DNA of 63,345 nucleotides from a bacterium (GCA_012517375.1 JAAYVC010000097.1:1-63345), one strand, 5' to 3'; positions 1 to 9,478 are shown, numbered from the stretch's first letter. Translations and numbers: made by a program. The notes: generated from the sequence alone by a model not told the origin.

Positions 1-20
1 AAAACTTAACGAGGGAGGGT

Positions 21-53
21 CCCCAAAATAATGCGTTGAGCATTATTTTGGGG
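21..53. other. perfect 14-bp-stem inverted repeat (hairpin)
   Basis: CCCCAAAATAATGC (21-34), loop GTTGA, GCATTATTTTGGGG (40-53). No clean U-tract on either strand, so a terminator role is uncertain. Confidence 0.5.
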
Positions 54-58
54 TGGTC

Positions 59-109
59 TTGACCATGTTTTGACCAGCTTTTGACCACGATTTGTCCCAT
101 TTTTGACCA
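59..109 (+). repeat. five direct heptamers (TTGACCA type) phased exactly 11 bp apart
   Basis: TTGACCA at 59, 70, 81 and 103, with a degenerate TTGTCCC at 92. Each is preceded by a short T-run. The region is non-coding. Confidence 0.8.
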
Positions 110-177
110 TAAAACCTGAACGCGATTCTTGAAACAGGACTCTATTCGGGCGCCCCGCAAAAATCGAAAAGCGATTT

Positions 178-1641
178 TTACGGAGTATTTTTTATAGTCC
201 CGACCTTCTTTAAGTAGTTGGTAAAAATAACGTTATCGAGGGTGCCCGTGTCGTAGATATTCCGAGCGGATTTCAGCATCTCGTAGCCGTCGCCGCCCGC
301 GGCAAGGAAGCTGTTGGTTGCGATACGGTAAGTCTTTATTGGGTCGAGTGTTACGCCGTTGACCTTGACGTCCGCGGCCTTGCCGTCCTTGGGTGTGTAG
401 GTGATTCCTGCCAGATGCAGGCTGCCGCCTGCGTTAGGCCCAATCGTAACATTATTATCAAGAACAACTTGCAGTTCTGAACCGGTAAGCTCCATCGTAA
501 CTATTGTGTTCTGGAACGGAATAGCTGCAAGCACATCCTTCATGGATACGTCGCCTGGAAGAATATCCGCCCGAACTCCGCCCTGGTTAGTAAAGGCTAC
601 ATCGGAGTTTGTTTCATTGCGCATGAGCTCGGCAAGAAGGTCCCCAAACGAACGAACGTCAGAGCTGTCGATTCCTATGCCACGCACTAATGCAACTTCT
701 GTTGAACCGATTCTGCCACCTATCTTTCTCTCGAGTTCGGCAGAGGCCGCCGCAATCTCTGCAGTCATTTTGGGGTCTGAAGGTGTTGAATCGGAGACCT
801 CCAGCAGATCGCCTGAGTAGCCGACAACCTTGCCTTTCTTGACGTCGAAATCTAACTTACCTAAAATAATCCCCTTAGCGCCGATCTGCACGATTAAGGC
901 ATTGCCTATTTTTGTAGGTTCCTCGAGAATGGCGTGCGTGTGCCCGCCGACTATCACGTCAACGCGAGGCTCGGTGAGGGCAAGCGCTGAATCCGCCTCC
1001 CAGCCCCGGTGCGAGACGGCGATGATAAGGTCTTTATCTCCATATTTTAGAGAATCGAGGAGGAAGGCGAGTACCGAGTCGGCTGGGAGAAAGGAAAGTC
1101 CGCGCACGTTATCCGGGTTTGTGGAGACGCCCGCGTACTCGGTGGTCATACCGACGATTAAAACGCGCTGGCGGCCAACCTTTTTTTCGACAAATGCCTG
1201 GTACGGTCTCTTACCCGACGCATCAACGATATTTGCAGAAAGCATCGGGAACTTTGCAACCGCCATTGCGGAGTCGAGATTGCCTGTGCCGAAGTCAAAC
1301 TCGTGATTGCCGAGACACATAGCCGTAAGCCCCATCTCGTTGAAAAGCTCCGTATCAAGCCTGCCGCCCGAGATGTTGGAGAGGGGGGTCCCCTGCGTGG
1401 CGTCGCCCGCATGAAGGAAGTAAAGGGTTGAACCGGACTCCTCGGCCGATTTACGAAGCGAGTCGACGAGGTATGCGATTCTAGCTAATCCTCCATAAGT
1501 TTCGCCTGAGCGCACCTTGATCGGCTCTATCTGACCGTGTGTGTCGTTGAGGTGGATTATAGTAAACTTCTCGTTCGCAAGCGCAAGCACCGGTAAAAGC
1601 GCGAGAGCCGCGAGCGCTCTAACAAATCTTGATTTTGACAT
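178..1641 (-). CDS. secreted bifunctional metallophosphatase / 5'-nucleotidase (UshA-like)
   Basis: 487 aa with an N-terminal signal peptide. Metallophosphoesterase motifs HLNDTHG, GDATQG, GNHEFD and GGHTH, plus a C-terminal nucleotidase half. Confidence 0.85.
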   Translation of the reverse strand: MSKSRFVRALAALALLPVLALANEKFTIIHLNDTHGQIEPIKVRSGETYGGLARIAYLVDSLRKSAEESGSTLYFLHAGDATQGTPLSNISGGRLDTELFNEMGLTAMCLGNHEFDFGTGNLDSAMAVAKFPMLSANIVDASGKRPYQAFVEKKVGRQRVLIVGMTTEYAGVSTNPDNVRGLSFLPADSVLAFLLDSLKYGDKDLIIAVSHRGWEADSALALTEPRVDVIVGGHTHAILEEPTKIGNALIVQIGAKGIILGKLDFDVKKGKVVGYSGDLLEVSDSTPSDPKMTAEIAAASAELERKIGGRIGSTEVALVRGIGIDSSDVRSFGDLLAELMRNETNSDVAFTNQGGVRADILPGDVSMKDVLAAIPFQNTIVTMELTGSELQVVLDNNVTIGPNAGGSLHLAGITYTPKDGKAADVKVNGVTLDPIKTYRIATNSFLAAGGDGYEMLKSARNIYDTGTLDNVIFTNYLKKVGTIKNTP

Positions 1642-1736
1642 GATTCCTCCTTTAGGCTTTTTGGAATTTTACGCAGGATTGGGAATGAGGCAAGCCTGGT
1701 TAGCTTGGAAGAATTTAAATAGTTTAAATGATACCT

Positions 1737-2216
1737 TTAATAAGTATTCCGTTCTATCTGCTTCTTCCATTGTTCTTCGACCCATATCTGCCAGCCCATA
1801 CGTGTTATCTCTGCAAAGTTCTCAAGCGTTTTGAATTTCTGTACACCAGGGTTGTCTGCAAGCAACTTACAGGGAAAGGCAGGACATTCCGAGCAGTGTA
1901 AAAGCCCTTTGGAATGACAGCAGGAGCGAATCTTGCATCGGTCGGTCAGTCCGCCCTCCTGCTGACAGCCCGAACATATCGATGTCGTCGATAATTGCTT
2001 CATTGATTTGGCGATTATCTCCCCCTCCTCGCCGAAAAGCCTGGGGAAGTTAGAATACTCCTTCATCATCCTGCGCATGCGGGCTCCTGTCAAGCGTATG
2101 CAACCGGTAAACCAGTCGCATGTATGACAGTAAGAACCGCAGCATGAAAGGTAAATCTCTTTTTCTTTGTCGTAATTCACTGCAATCCTCCTCCTTGTTA
2201 TGTCAGAATACACCAT
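1737..2216 (-). CDS. Cys-rich protein, DUF3795-like
   Basis: 159 aa with clustered cysteines (CCGSYCHTCDW, CSGC, CSECPAFPC). The assignment rests on pattern recognition only. Confidence 0.4.
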   Translation of the reverse strand: MVYSDITRRRIAVNYDKEKEIYLSCCGSYCHTCDWFTGCIRLTGARMRRMMKEYSNFPRLFGEEGEIIAKSMKQLSTTSICSGCQQEGGLTDRCKIRSCCHSKGLLHCSECPAFPCKLLADNPGVQKFKTLENFAEITRMGWQIWVEEQWKKQIERNTY

Positions 2217-2367
2217 AGGATTCAGTTGTCAAGGCTTGCACATACTCAAAAAGGGCTTAGCAAGCTTCAATGCAATCGTTGAGATTAGGAAAAATCGATT
2301 CACCATTAAGGCAGATGCTTAACAGGTTCCCATAAGGTTTGCTGAAGTGAACCTTATGGGCTGAGTT

Positions 2368-3147
2368 TCACTCCCAGTTCCCGAAGGCTGTAATTGGAAC
2401 CCCTGTTTTCTTTTCTGCGTTAAAGGCGAAATCATCGAGCTCGTGAAACGGAACAACCTCTACGGCGTTTTCAGGGATAGAGCGCTTGATTGAGTATATC
2501 TCTACGGATTTGGGCTTGATATCGGCAACCGCCTGCGTCCACATTGTCACGTCGCCGTCGTTCATGTTTCCGCGCAATCCTCCGACGAAGACCGATTGCA
2601 GGTTGACCCGTGGTCCTATCTTGCGGAGCTGCTCGAAGATATCTTCGTAAACGATATCAAGGGAAGGTCTGTTTATACGATGGAAGGTTGAGGGTTTCCC
2701 GGCATCGAACTTGAAAATGGGAAGGTCAAAGACGCTAACCGCTTCAAAAACATCCTCTCGTACAAGGCCCGAGCCGTTCGAAAGCAGGGCAAAGGTCTTT
2801 CCGGGATATGCAGAACGCAGAAAAGAATTTAGCTTGCTAGCAAGTTCAGCGAAATCCGGCCTCAGTGTAGGTTCGCCGTTTCCTGAAAGAACTACGGTGT
2901 CGAATTCGACACCGAACTCCATCCTTTCTTTCAAACCGCCGATTATCTTTTCAATTGAAGGCAGATCTTTTAAAAAAGGAGATATGTCGGCCGCAATCTT
3001 GTCGGATTCTCCGAATCTGCAGTACAGGCAGTTGAAAGAGCAGAGCTTGTAATTACCGGGCAGGGGGTTTATCCATAAAGTTTCACCCAGCTGAGGACTC
3101 GGTTCAGGCCCGTACAAACACCCTCTTACCCAGGGTGTATTCTCCAT
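2368..3147 (-). CDS. radical SAM protein
   Basis: 259 aa. CSFNCLYC (CxxxCxxC) cluster near the N-terminus and a GNGEPTL motif. Confidence 0.75.
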   Translation of the reverse strand: MENTPWVRGCLYGPEPSPQLGETLWINPLPGNYKLCSFNCLYCRFGESDKIAADISPFLKDLPSIEKIIGGLKERMEFGVEFDTVVLSGNGEPTLRPDFAELASKLNSFLRSAYPGKTFALLSNGSGLVREDVFEAVSVFDLPIFKFDAGKPSTFHRINRPSLDIVYEDIFEQLRKIGPRVNLQSVFVGGLRGNMNDGDVTMWTQAVADIKPKSVEIYSIKRSIPENAVEVVPFHELDDFAFNAEKKTGVPITAFGNWE

Positions 3148-3448
3148 GGTTGCTCCTCCGTTTGGTCAATAGTAATCAAACTTCAATTCTTGTCAAGATT
3201 TGTTACAATGAATAGTTACCGCCGATAGTATATTTTATTCCATTGGAGACGTCGATTGAAGTTTTTTTGAGGTTCTCGCAAGTCTGCTAGCAATTCATTG
3301 CCTCAGTCGTGATTCCTGGAACCCGTGGAGGAGTGAATAATCACACATCCCTCGACGACAGCGTCCTAGTGTGCAGAACGCGCCCAATCGATCTCGAGGT
3401 GGTAATTCTTACCCCTACCTCGACGGGAGGAGGAGGGTGGCGAGTGGG

Positions 3449-4000
3449 TCAGACCTTTACGAGCTTTTCTTCCATATTGCGCACCCTGGCCGAGCTTTTG
3501 CGGTACTCTATCTCGTGGCCTTCGTTCTCGAGCTTCTCCGCCTGCGCCTGGATGCCGCCGGGGTATTTTCAATCCTCCTTTTCCCTAAAGGGAAAAGATC
3601 GGAGAATTTCCGACTATTTGTATTAAAGCGGACGCCTTAGATTATGGTTGAGGGGTCCCCGGTCGAACGCGTAGTGTTCGAGTGGGGTAAAAGAACGCGC
3701 CCTGTCCTCTTCCGCCGCCTTCGCGACTATGTTGAGGAAGATGCCCGTCGTTATGGGACAGGCGGAGTCGGTGCCGAAGTCCTGACAGAGCTTCTGCATT
3801 ATCTGGGAGACGGTGGCAAGCTTACCCTTGGGGATTTTTCTTACGATATCCTCGATTATCCGGGGCGTGGCGATGATCATCTTGCCCGGCTTGAACGGCG
3901 GTTTGACGTCCGCCGGAACGTCCACGACTTTCGGCTCGGCGGGCTTTTCGACCTTGTCCCGCCAAGGGGTCAGGGATTTGGGTTTTGGTGACATACGCAC
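3449..4000 (-). pseudogene. MGMT-family (alkyltransferase-like DNA-binding domain) gene interrupted by an in-frame, stop-rich ~72-nt segment
   Basis: ORF 3623..4000 ends ...TPLEHYAFDRGPLNHNLRRPL*. The same reading frame resumes at 3565 with YPGGIQAQAEKLENEGHEIEYRK...LVKV* (stop at 3449). Three in-frame stops (TAA, TAG, TGA) lie between 3569 and 3640. Confidence 0.4.
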
Positions 4001-4038
4001 TCCTTTGCTAATTATTCCATACCTTTAGTGGAATTAGC

Positions 4039-4506
4039 TTATCCATTCCACATACACTTCCCCAATCCACTTCTCGTCCACTTTACTGAACTTGATCCCG
4101 AATCCCCCCCGCTGAGGTATGTCTTATCGAAATTCTCACTTTTTATCCAGTAGTCCCCTATGTCGATGAGGACCACGGTATCCTGAAAAACCGGAAGAGA
4201 AAGGAAAACAGCCATGAAGTCGCCTTCCTTGTCCGCTTTTTTCTGAAGCTCATCTCTGGTGTAAAGAAGAATTTTTTTGTCCCCGACTTCCTTAGGAATA
4301 AGGAGCGGGTCAATCTCGTCTGCGGTCAGGATTATGTTTATGGTATCACTAAGCATGTTGAAGTCCGGGATATGCCCTTCGCTCAAACCCATTTCAAGTG
4401 TACGTTTGATAATATCCTTTTCATCCTGCCTGGTCAGATTGGGTACATCGGAAGCACAGGTTGTAATAAAGAATAAACCTAGAAATGACAAGAGCGCTCT
4501 TTTCAT
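4039..4506 (-). CDS. hypothetical secreted/lipoprotein
   Basis: 155 aa with a hydrophobic N-terminus ending FFITTC. No recognisable domain. Confidence 0.5.
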   Translation of the reverse strand: MKRALLSFLGLFFITTCASDVPNLTRQDEKDIIKRTLEMGLSEGHIPDFNMLSDTINIILTADEIDPLLIPKEVGDKKILLYTRDELQKKADKEGDFMAVFLSLPVFQDTVVLIDIGDYWIKSENFDKTYLSGGDSGSSSVKWTRSGLGKCMWNG

Positions 4507-4637
4507 AACTTGACCTCCATTCTTATAGATTGTATGTTAATGCAAACTGGGGGGTTGTCAATCGAGATGTTCGCAATCTCGAATCAGAATGCCTGGAATT
4601 CCATGCGGCTGGAACGTCACCAGCGCCATGTCTGCGA

Positions 4638-5717
4638 CTAGTTTTCCCTGGTAGGGATCAATGACGCCACCCACTCGCGCTTCGCCCAGAGCGCGCATCC
4701 GCCCGAGGTTTCCTTGAGTTCATTGTGATTGGCGCGGATCTTTGCCAGGAACTCGGACTTGAGGGCTTCCCTGAGGGGGATGTTCGCGAGGGAGGTGTCG
4801 GAGTAGGGTGCGAACGGGCAAGGCTCGAGCTTCCCCTCCGCGCTTACGTGCACGAACCCTCGTCCCGAGGAGAGACACCCGCCGAACTGTTCCTCGTCGC
4901 CGGGAAAGCAGATGAAGAGTCCGGGAAGGGCAGAGCGAAGGCTGTCGAGGTAGGTGAGCAGAAGAGAACGCTGATCCTGTGTGAGTATCCAGTCTTCGGT
5001 TCCAGCCTTGACCGGCACGTACTCGACGAAGAAGAAAAGCTTTGAGCCGCGCGAGATAAGGGAAGAGATGAAATGGCGGTCGGTGACTATCGGCAGGTTG
5101 AATCTGGTTACGGTGAATGAGATACCCGTGAATATATCCTTTGCATTGATGCGCTCGATGAGATCCTCGACGTACTCGAATATACCCTGGCCCCGGCGTT
5201 CGTCTGTCGCCTCCTCGTGTCCCTCCAAGCTTATGACGGGGATAACATTTCGAAGGGTGCGGATTCGCTCAAGCATCTGGTCGTCGAGGAGGAGGCCGTT
5301 CGTGAATACGGGGAATATGACCTGGGGATGGTCGCGTGCGATGTCGAGGATATCCGGGCGAAGGAGCGGCTCGCCGCCGGCAAGCATAACGATGGAGACG
5401 CCCAGCTCGGCCGCCTCGTGCACGATGCGGCGGAGAAGTTCATTGCTCATTTCGGCCTCGACAGATTTGCGAAGAGCCCTCGCGTAGCAGCCGGCGCAGT
5501 TCAGGTTGCACTGGTTGGTAACGGAGATTATCATGAGAGGGGGCACGTGGATATCCTGCTCGGCCATAGCCTCGCGGGTCTTGACCGCCTTTCGCTGGTT
5601 GTTGAGCGTACGCCAGAAGAAGAGCGTCTTTCCCGGATCGCGGAGATTGATCTTCAGGGCGTCCTTGAAGAGCGCCTTTATCTGCGAGTCGAATAGAGCG
5701 GCGTAAGATTCCTGCAT
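4638..5717 (-). CDS. radical SAM protein with twitch/SPASM-like C-terminal Cys motif
   Basis: CNLNCAGC cluster, GGEPLL, and C-terminal GGC-x18-C containing G-x4-C. The start is placed at ATG 5717, which abuts the upstream stop (TAGCATG). Confidence 0.75.
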   Translation of the reverse strand: MQESYAALFDSQIKALFKDALKINLRDPGKTLFFWRTLNNQRKAVKTREAMAEQDIHVPPLMIISVTNQCNLNCAGCYARALRKSVEAEMSNELLRRIVHEAAELGVSIVMLAGGEPLLRPDILDIARDHPQVIFPVFTNGLLLDDQMLERIRTLRNVIPVISLEGHEEATDERRGQGIFEYVEDLIERINAKDIFTGISFTVTRFNLPIVTDRHFISSLISRGSKLFFFVEYVPVKAGTEDWILTQDQRSLLLTYLDSLRSALPGLFICFPGDEEQFGGCLSSGRGFVHVSAEGKLEPCPFAPYSDTSLANIPLREALKSEFLAKIRANHNELKETSGGCALWAKREWVASLIPTREN

Positions 5718-5718
5718 G

Positions 5719-6801
5719 CTACTTTGGATACGTCTCTGGAAGAACCTTTGCAATCATGAAATTCGTGAACGCCTCCGGCTCCTCGAAGCAGGGCGAGTGT
5801 GCGGAGCGCTCGAACCAGACGTATTCCTTTTGCGGCGCCTCGAGCTTCTCGAAATAAGGGTAAGAGACGGAACCGGGAGTGTTGTAGTCGTGGCGTCCCA
5901 CGCAGAAGTAGACGGGAACTTTGACGCTCGTGATCTCGGAATCGAGTTTTACCTCGAGGAGTTCCTGCCACATGTTCTTCATCGAAAAGACGCTTCCCCT
6001 GAGGTAGTTTAAGGATTCGCCGAAGGTGTACTCCTTGGTTGTAAGGAGAACCTTGACGATCATGGAATAATCGGTTTTTCCGAACCACCAGGCTCCGTAC
6101 TTCGTTAACCACTTGCGCTCTGTCTGGATTCCCTTGAATGCGGGCTTGCCGTTTACGATATCGGTCTTGTATATTCCTGCTTCCGGCGGGCCGACGGATT
6201 CGAGTTCCTTCACAGCTTTCTTGTCCCCCCTGCGAATCGCCTCGTCATGACAGAATCTCCAGGATGCATGTTCGTTCGAGTCGCCCCGGACGAACTGGCC
6301 TATACCGACGTAGGCATAATAATCCTCAGGATAGCGCGAGATTGCATACATGCCGAGAACGGATCCCCATGAGTGACCAAGGAGGTATATCTTCTCCCGG
6401 CCGAACCTTTCCTTGAGGAGCGAGGTGAGTTCGCGGCAATCGGAGATGAACTGCTCGATGTTCATGCTCTCTTTCGGGATTTTGGATGAGTAGGATTTGC
6501 CCGCGCCGCGCTGATCCCACATTATTACCACGAAGTGTTTTTCGAGCGCAGGATTGAAGCGTGTTATCAAAGGCATCTCGGCAGAACCCGGCCCGCCGTG
6601 AAGGAATAGGAGAAGAGGTTTTGTGATATCCTCTCCCCGGATGAGTATCCACTGGTCCACCCCGCCGAGTCTTACTCTATCCAGAGATGTTATACTTCTT
6701 TCAAGAAGCTCGCCTCCCGGACCCTTTATTGCAGGCGTATACGCGCAAGAAACCGCGAAGATTAATGCGAATCCTGCAAGTGCGACTTTAATAAGGTTCA
6801 A
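5719..6801 (-). CDS. alpha/beta hydrolase (proline iminopeptidase-like, S33), lipoprotein
   Basis: 360 aa. Lipobox-like FAVSC, HGGPG oxyanion motif, GHSWGS nucleophile elbow. Confidence 0.75.
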   Translation of the reverse strand: MNLIKVALAGFALIFAVSCAYTPAIKGPGGELLERSITSLDRVRLGGVDQWILIRGEDITKPLLLFLHGGPGSAEMPLITRFNPALEKHFVVIMWDQRGAGKSYSSKIPKESMNIEQFISDCRELTSLLKERFGREKIYLLGHSWGSVLGMYAISRYPEDYYAYVGIGQFVRGDSNEHASWRFCHDEAIRRGDKKAVKELESVGPPEAGIYKTDIVNGKPAFKGIQTERKWLTKYGAWWFGKTDYSMIVKVLLTTKEYTFGESLNYLRGSVFSMKNMWQELLEVKLDSEITSVKVPVYFCVGRHDYNTPGSVSYPYFEKLEAPQKEYVWFERSAHSPCFEEPEAFTNFMIAKVLPETYPK

Positions 6802-6892
6802 TCCTTCTCCTTTCGCATAATCCGGCTAATTCACCTCGACCAACTGAGGTCGATAATGCTATATGAAATGCAGATGGTGTCAACGAAGCCAT

Positions 6893-8092
6893 TCAGTAAA
6901 TCTCGAATGCACCATTAGTGATATCGATATGCACTCGCTTTCCCTTGAACGCATCCGCGCCCAGGACGCCGTCCAGCTTGATGAAACCGGCGTCATGGTG
7001 GGGATAGGATGTAACGTTCTTTAGCGCGACATTTCTGCCGTTGACGGAAATATCCAACGCGGGCACTTTTACCGCTTCAAACCGCTCCATTCCTCCTGCA
7101 CCGCCGACTATTTGCGCGGTCTTGCGAGCATTCTCAAAGGAGATTTTCGTAAATAGATTGTCATATACGCCTGTTCTTGATGCACCAGTATCAAGAAAGA
7201 AATAGAGGGTCTCTCCTGACATAGCAGCGGTAACGATTGGATAGTCAAGCCAGAACAGGGATGGAGAAGCGTTAGGGACAATCACGGGTTTCTTTATTGT
7301 TATATGTTTTCTCAGGTAATCTATCTTGATATCCAGATTCTGGATTGCATTCCAGCCAATAATTCCGTCAATTTTAATAAAGGTCAATCCGAGCATCCTG
7401 AACTCAAGATTTTTAGAATCTATGATCATTGCCGGATGGTTCTCTATCTCGAGCTCGCCGATTTTGAGTTTTCTTATGGAAACAGGCTGAATGCCGACCT
7501 TCTTTGAGGTAGATGTAAGAGCCTGCGCTTCTGCGGACGATAGGGCAACCACGCCGCAATCCATTGCCGCATCAGAGGATAGTACGCTGAGACCTGCTCC
7601 TGTATCGAGCCAGAATCTGCGTTTGTTACCGTTTATTTCGACCTCTATTATCGGGGCGCCGGAAATGCTAAGCCTCATCGGGATTATTATCGAGTCCTTG
7701 GGAAAGATGTAGCGTTCGGGAGGCAACAGTCTGAACGAATTGATTAGGGAAATCGCGTTCTCATCGTCATCGGGAATTCCCAATATGGAAAGCGAATCCC
7801 ACTCGGAGTAAAACAGATATAGACTGCCGAGGATTTTTTGCGAGTTTTCTTTCATTGTAGAATCGTTTGCAGCATGATAAAGCTCTCTGAAGACAGACAC
7901 CGCTGATGAAAGCTGCCCCATCGACACAAGTCGGAGTCCGCTTATAAATTCAGTCTCCTCAGGGTTGGAACGCAACGAGTCAAGGGCAAGAAAATCCAAT
8001 TCCTTAGCGGCTTCAAAAAAAATACTATCCCCGGTCCCTCCGAAAGCTGCCGATAAGAGAAGCATAAAAGCGAGCAAAAACTTTTTTATCAA
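6893..8092 (-). CDS. secreted aspartic protease with two retropepsin-like lobes
   Basis: 399 aa with a signal peptide. Two D-T-G-A motifs (WLDTGAG at aa 163-165, FLDTGAS at aa 301-303), each in a beta-rich ~120-aa unit. Confidence 0.6.
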   Translation of the reverse strand: MIKKFLLAFMLLLSAAFGGTGDSIFFEAAKELDFLALDSLRSNPEETEFISGLRLVSMGQLSSAVSVFRELYHAANDSTMKENSQKILGSLYLFYSEWDSLSILGIPDDDENAISLINSFRLLPPERYIFPKDSIIIPMRLSISGAPIIEVEINGNKRRFWLDTGAGLSVLSSDAAMDCGVVALSSAEAQALTSTSKKVGIQPVSIRKLKIGELEIENHPAMIIDSKNLEFRMLGLTFIKIDGIIGWNAIQNLDIKIDYLRKHITIKKPVIVPNASPSLFWLDYPIVTAAMSGETLYFFLDTGASRTGVYDNLFTKISFENARKTAQIVGGAGGMERFEAVKVPALDISVNGRNVALKNVTSYPHHDAGFIKLDGVLGADAFKGKRVHIDITNGAFEIY

Positions 8093-8182
8093 GACTGACT
8101 TTCCTTTTCTATGGTTTTACACAGTCTGCAAAGACGTGCCATAATTCAAAAAGTTGCATGACTAAGCCCGTAAAACCAATCG

Positions 8183-9478
8183 TCACTTTGACAGGGCTTC
8201 TTTTGCATCAGCTGTAATCTGTTCCGAAGAGATACGCTTGAGATTGGAAATCCGGGTCGAGAACAGGCCTGCGGCAAGCACGGCAAGACATCCTCCTATC
8301 AAAAGCGTGTATGGAGCGCCTATCGCGTCTACAACCTTTCCCATGATAAGATTTCCGAAAGGCAAGGTGCCCATCATTGCTGCAGAGTAGAAGGCCATAA
8401 CTCTGCCCCGCTTATCGTCGTGAACGATGTTCTGGATAAGCGTGTTGGATGATGCAAGAGTGACCATCATTCCGAAACCGGTTATAGAGGCAAGGGCCAT
8501 CGTCAGCCAGAATGTTCTCGAGAAAGATACCAGAATGAGTCCTGCGCCGAAAAGAGTTCCGGCAATCGGTATGAATCTCCAAAGAACCGTGAAAGACTTT
8601 CGTGAACCGAGAAACATTGCACCGCACAGAGCGCCTACTCCAACAGCGCCCATAAGGAAACCGTAAGTGCTCGAGTCTCCGAATAGCACGACCTTTGCGA
8701 CAACCGGCATCACAGTAATATACGGCATGGCTATTAGGCTCAGAAAGGAAACAAGAATTAAGAGCGAGCGTATTGGGGCAGACTTTACGGTGTATCGTGT
8801 TCCTTCAAGAAGATCTTTGAAGACGCTTTTTTCCCTGCGCTCTGGCCGCTCATAAGAAATCTTCATCGCAAAAAGAGAAGCGATAACGGCAAGGTAAGAA
8901 ACCGCGTTAACGACAAAACACGCCCGCTCGCCTGCCGCCGCTATGATTATACCCGCTATTGTAGGTCCGATAAGGCGAGCGCCGTTGAACATGGCTGAGT
9001 TAAGGGCTATGGCCGAGCCAAGGTCTTCCTTCTTTGAGACCATCTTCACGATGAACGCCTGCCTTGCCGGCATGTCTACAGCGTTTACGAGCCCTAAGAA
9101 GAGACCGAGGCCGAATATATGCCATATCTGGATGGTGTTGGTAAAGACGAGAACCGAAAGCAGCGCGGCCTGAAGCATCGAAAGCGTCTGCGTCGCGAGA
9201 ATGATTCTTCGGCGGTCGAATCTATCAACAAGGACGCCTGCAAAAGGCATTATCAAAAGATTGGGTATCTGGCTCACAAAGCCGACCAGGCCCAAAAGGG
9301 TCGCCGAACCCGTAAGCTTGTATACAAGCCATGCCATCGCCACCTGCTGCATCCAGGTTCCGATTAAGGAGACGCCCTGACCTAAAAAAAACAGTCTGTA
9401 ATTGTAATGTTTGAGAGCCCTCAACGTATGAGCGAGATTCCGCCTTCGGTTGTTGATGAATCTGGATATATCAAGCAA
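8183..9478 (-). CDS. MFS transporter (EntS/MFS_3-like)
   Basis: 431 aa with about 12 hydrophobic helices and a loop motif VDRFDRRR between TM2 and TM3. Confidence 0.8.
   Translation of the reverse strand: MLDISRFINNRRRNLAHTLRALKHYNYRLFFLGQGVSLIGTWMQQVAMAWLVYKLTGSATLLGLVGFVSQIPNLLIMPFAGVLVDRFDRRRIILATQTLSMLQAALLSVLVFTNTIQIWHIFGLGLFLGLVNAVDMPARQAFIVKMVSKKEDLGSAIALNSAMFNGARLIGPTIAGIIIAAAGERACFVVNAVSYLAVIASLFAMKISYERPERREKSVFKDLLEGTRYTVKSAPIRSLLILVSFLSLIAMPYITVMPVVAKVVLFGDSSTYGFLMGAVGVGALCGAMFLGSRKSFTVLWRFIPIAGTLFGAGLILVSFSRTFWLTMALASITGFGMMVTLASSNTLIQNIVHDDKRGRVMAFYSAAMMGTLPFGNLIMGKVVDAIGAPYTLLIGGCLAVLAAGLFSTRISNLKRISSEQITADAKEALSK

Noticed and set aside
401-1412. Multiple 60-160-aa ORFs antisense to, or out of frame with, the 5'-nucleotidase gene. 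The same pattern recurs in nearly every long gene in the track, for example 4725..5706, 8412..9367, 17599..18983, 25412..26913, 33819..34224, 51142..52015 and 52743..53477.
   Set aside because: They are shadow ORFs typical of GC-rich coding DNA. They are Arg/Ser/Pro-rich, have no RBS, and are fully nested in genes with clear family motifs.
3309-3640. Three overlapping ORFs (3309..3626 +, 3371..3640 +, 3366..3572 -) in the gap downstream of the MGMT-like gene
   Set aside because: They are low-complexity and Arg/Gly-rich with no family resemblance. The only protein-like reading is the in-frame continuation of the MGMT-family gene, which is reported as a pseudogene.
3569-3640. T4 gene-60-style translational bypass across the 72-nt stop-rich segment
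   Set aside because: The take-off codon before the first stop is CTT, and there is no matching CTT landing codon positioned just before AAA TAC CCC. The segment is also longer than the known 50-nt gap. Pseudogenisation or a small insertion is the simpler explanation.
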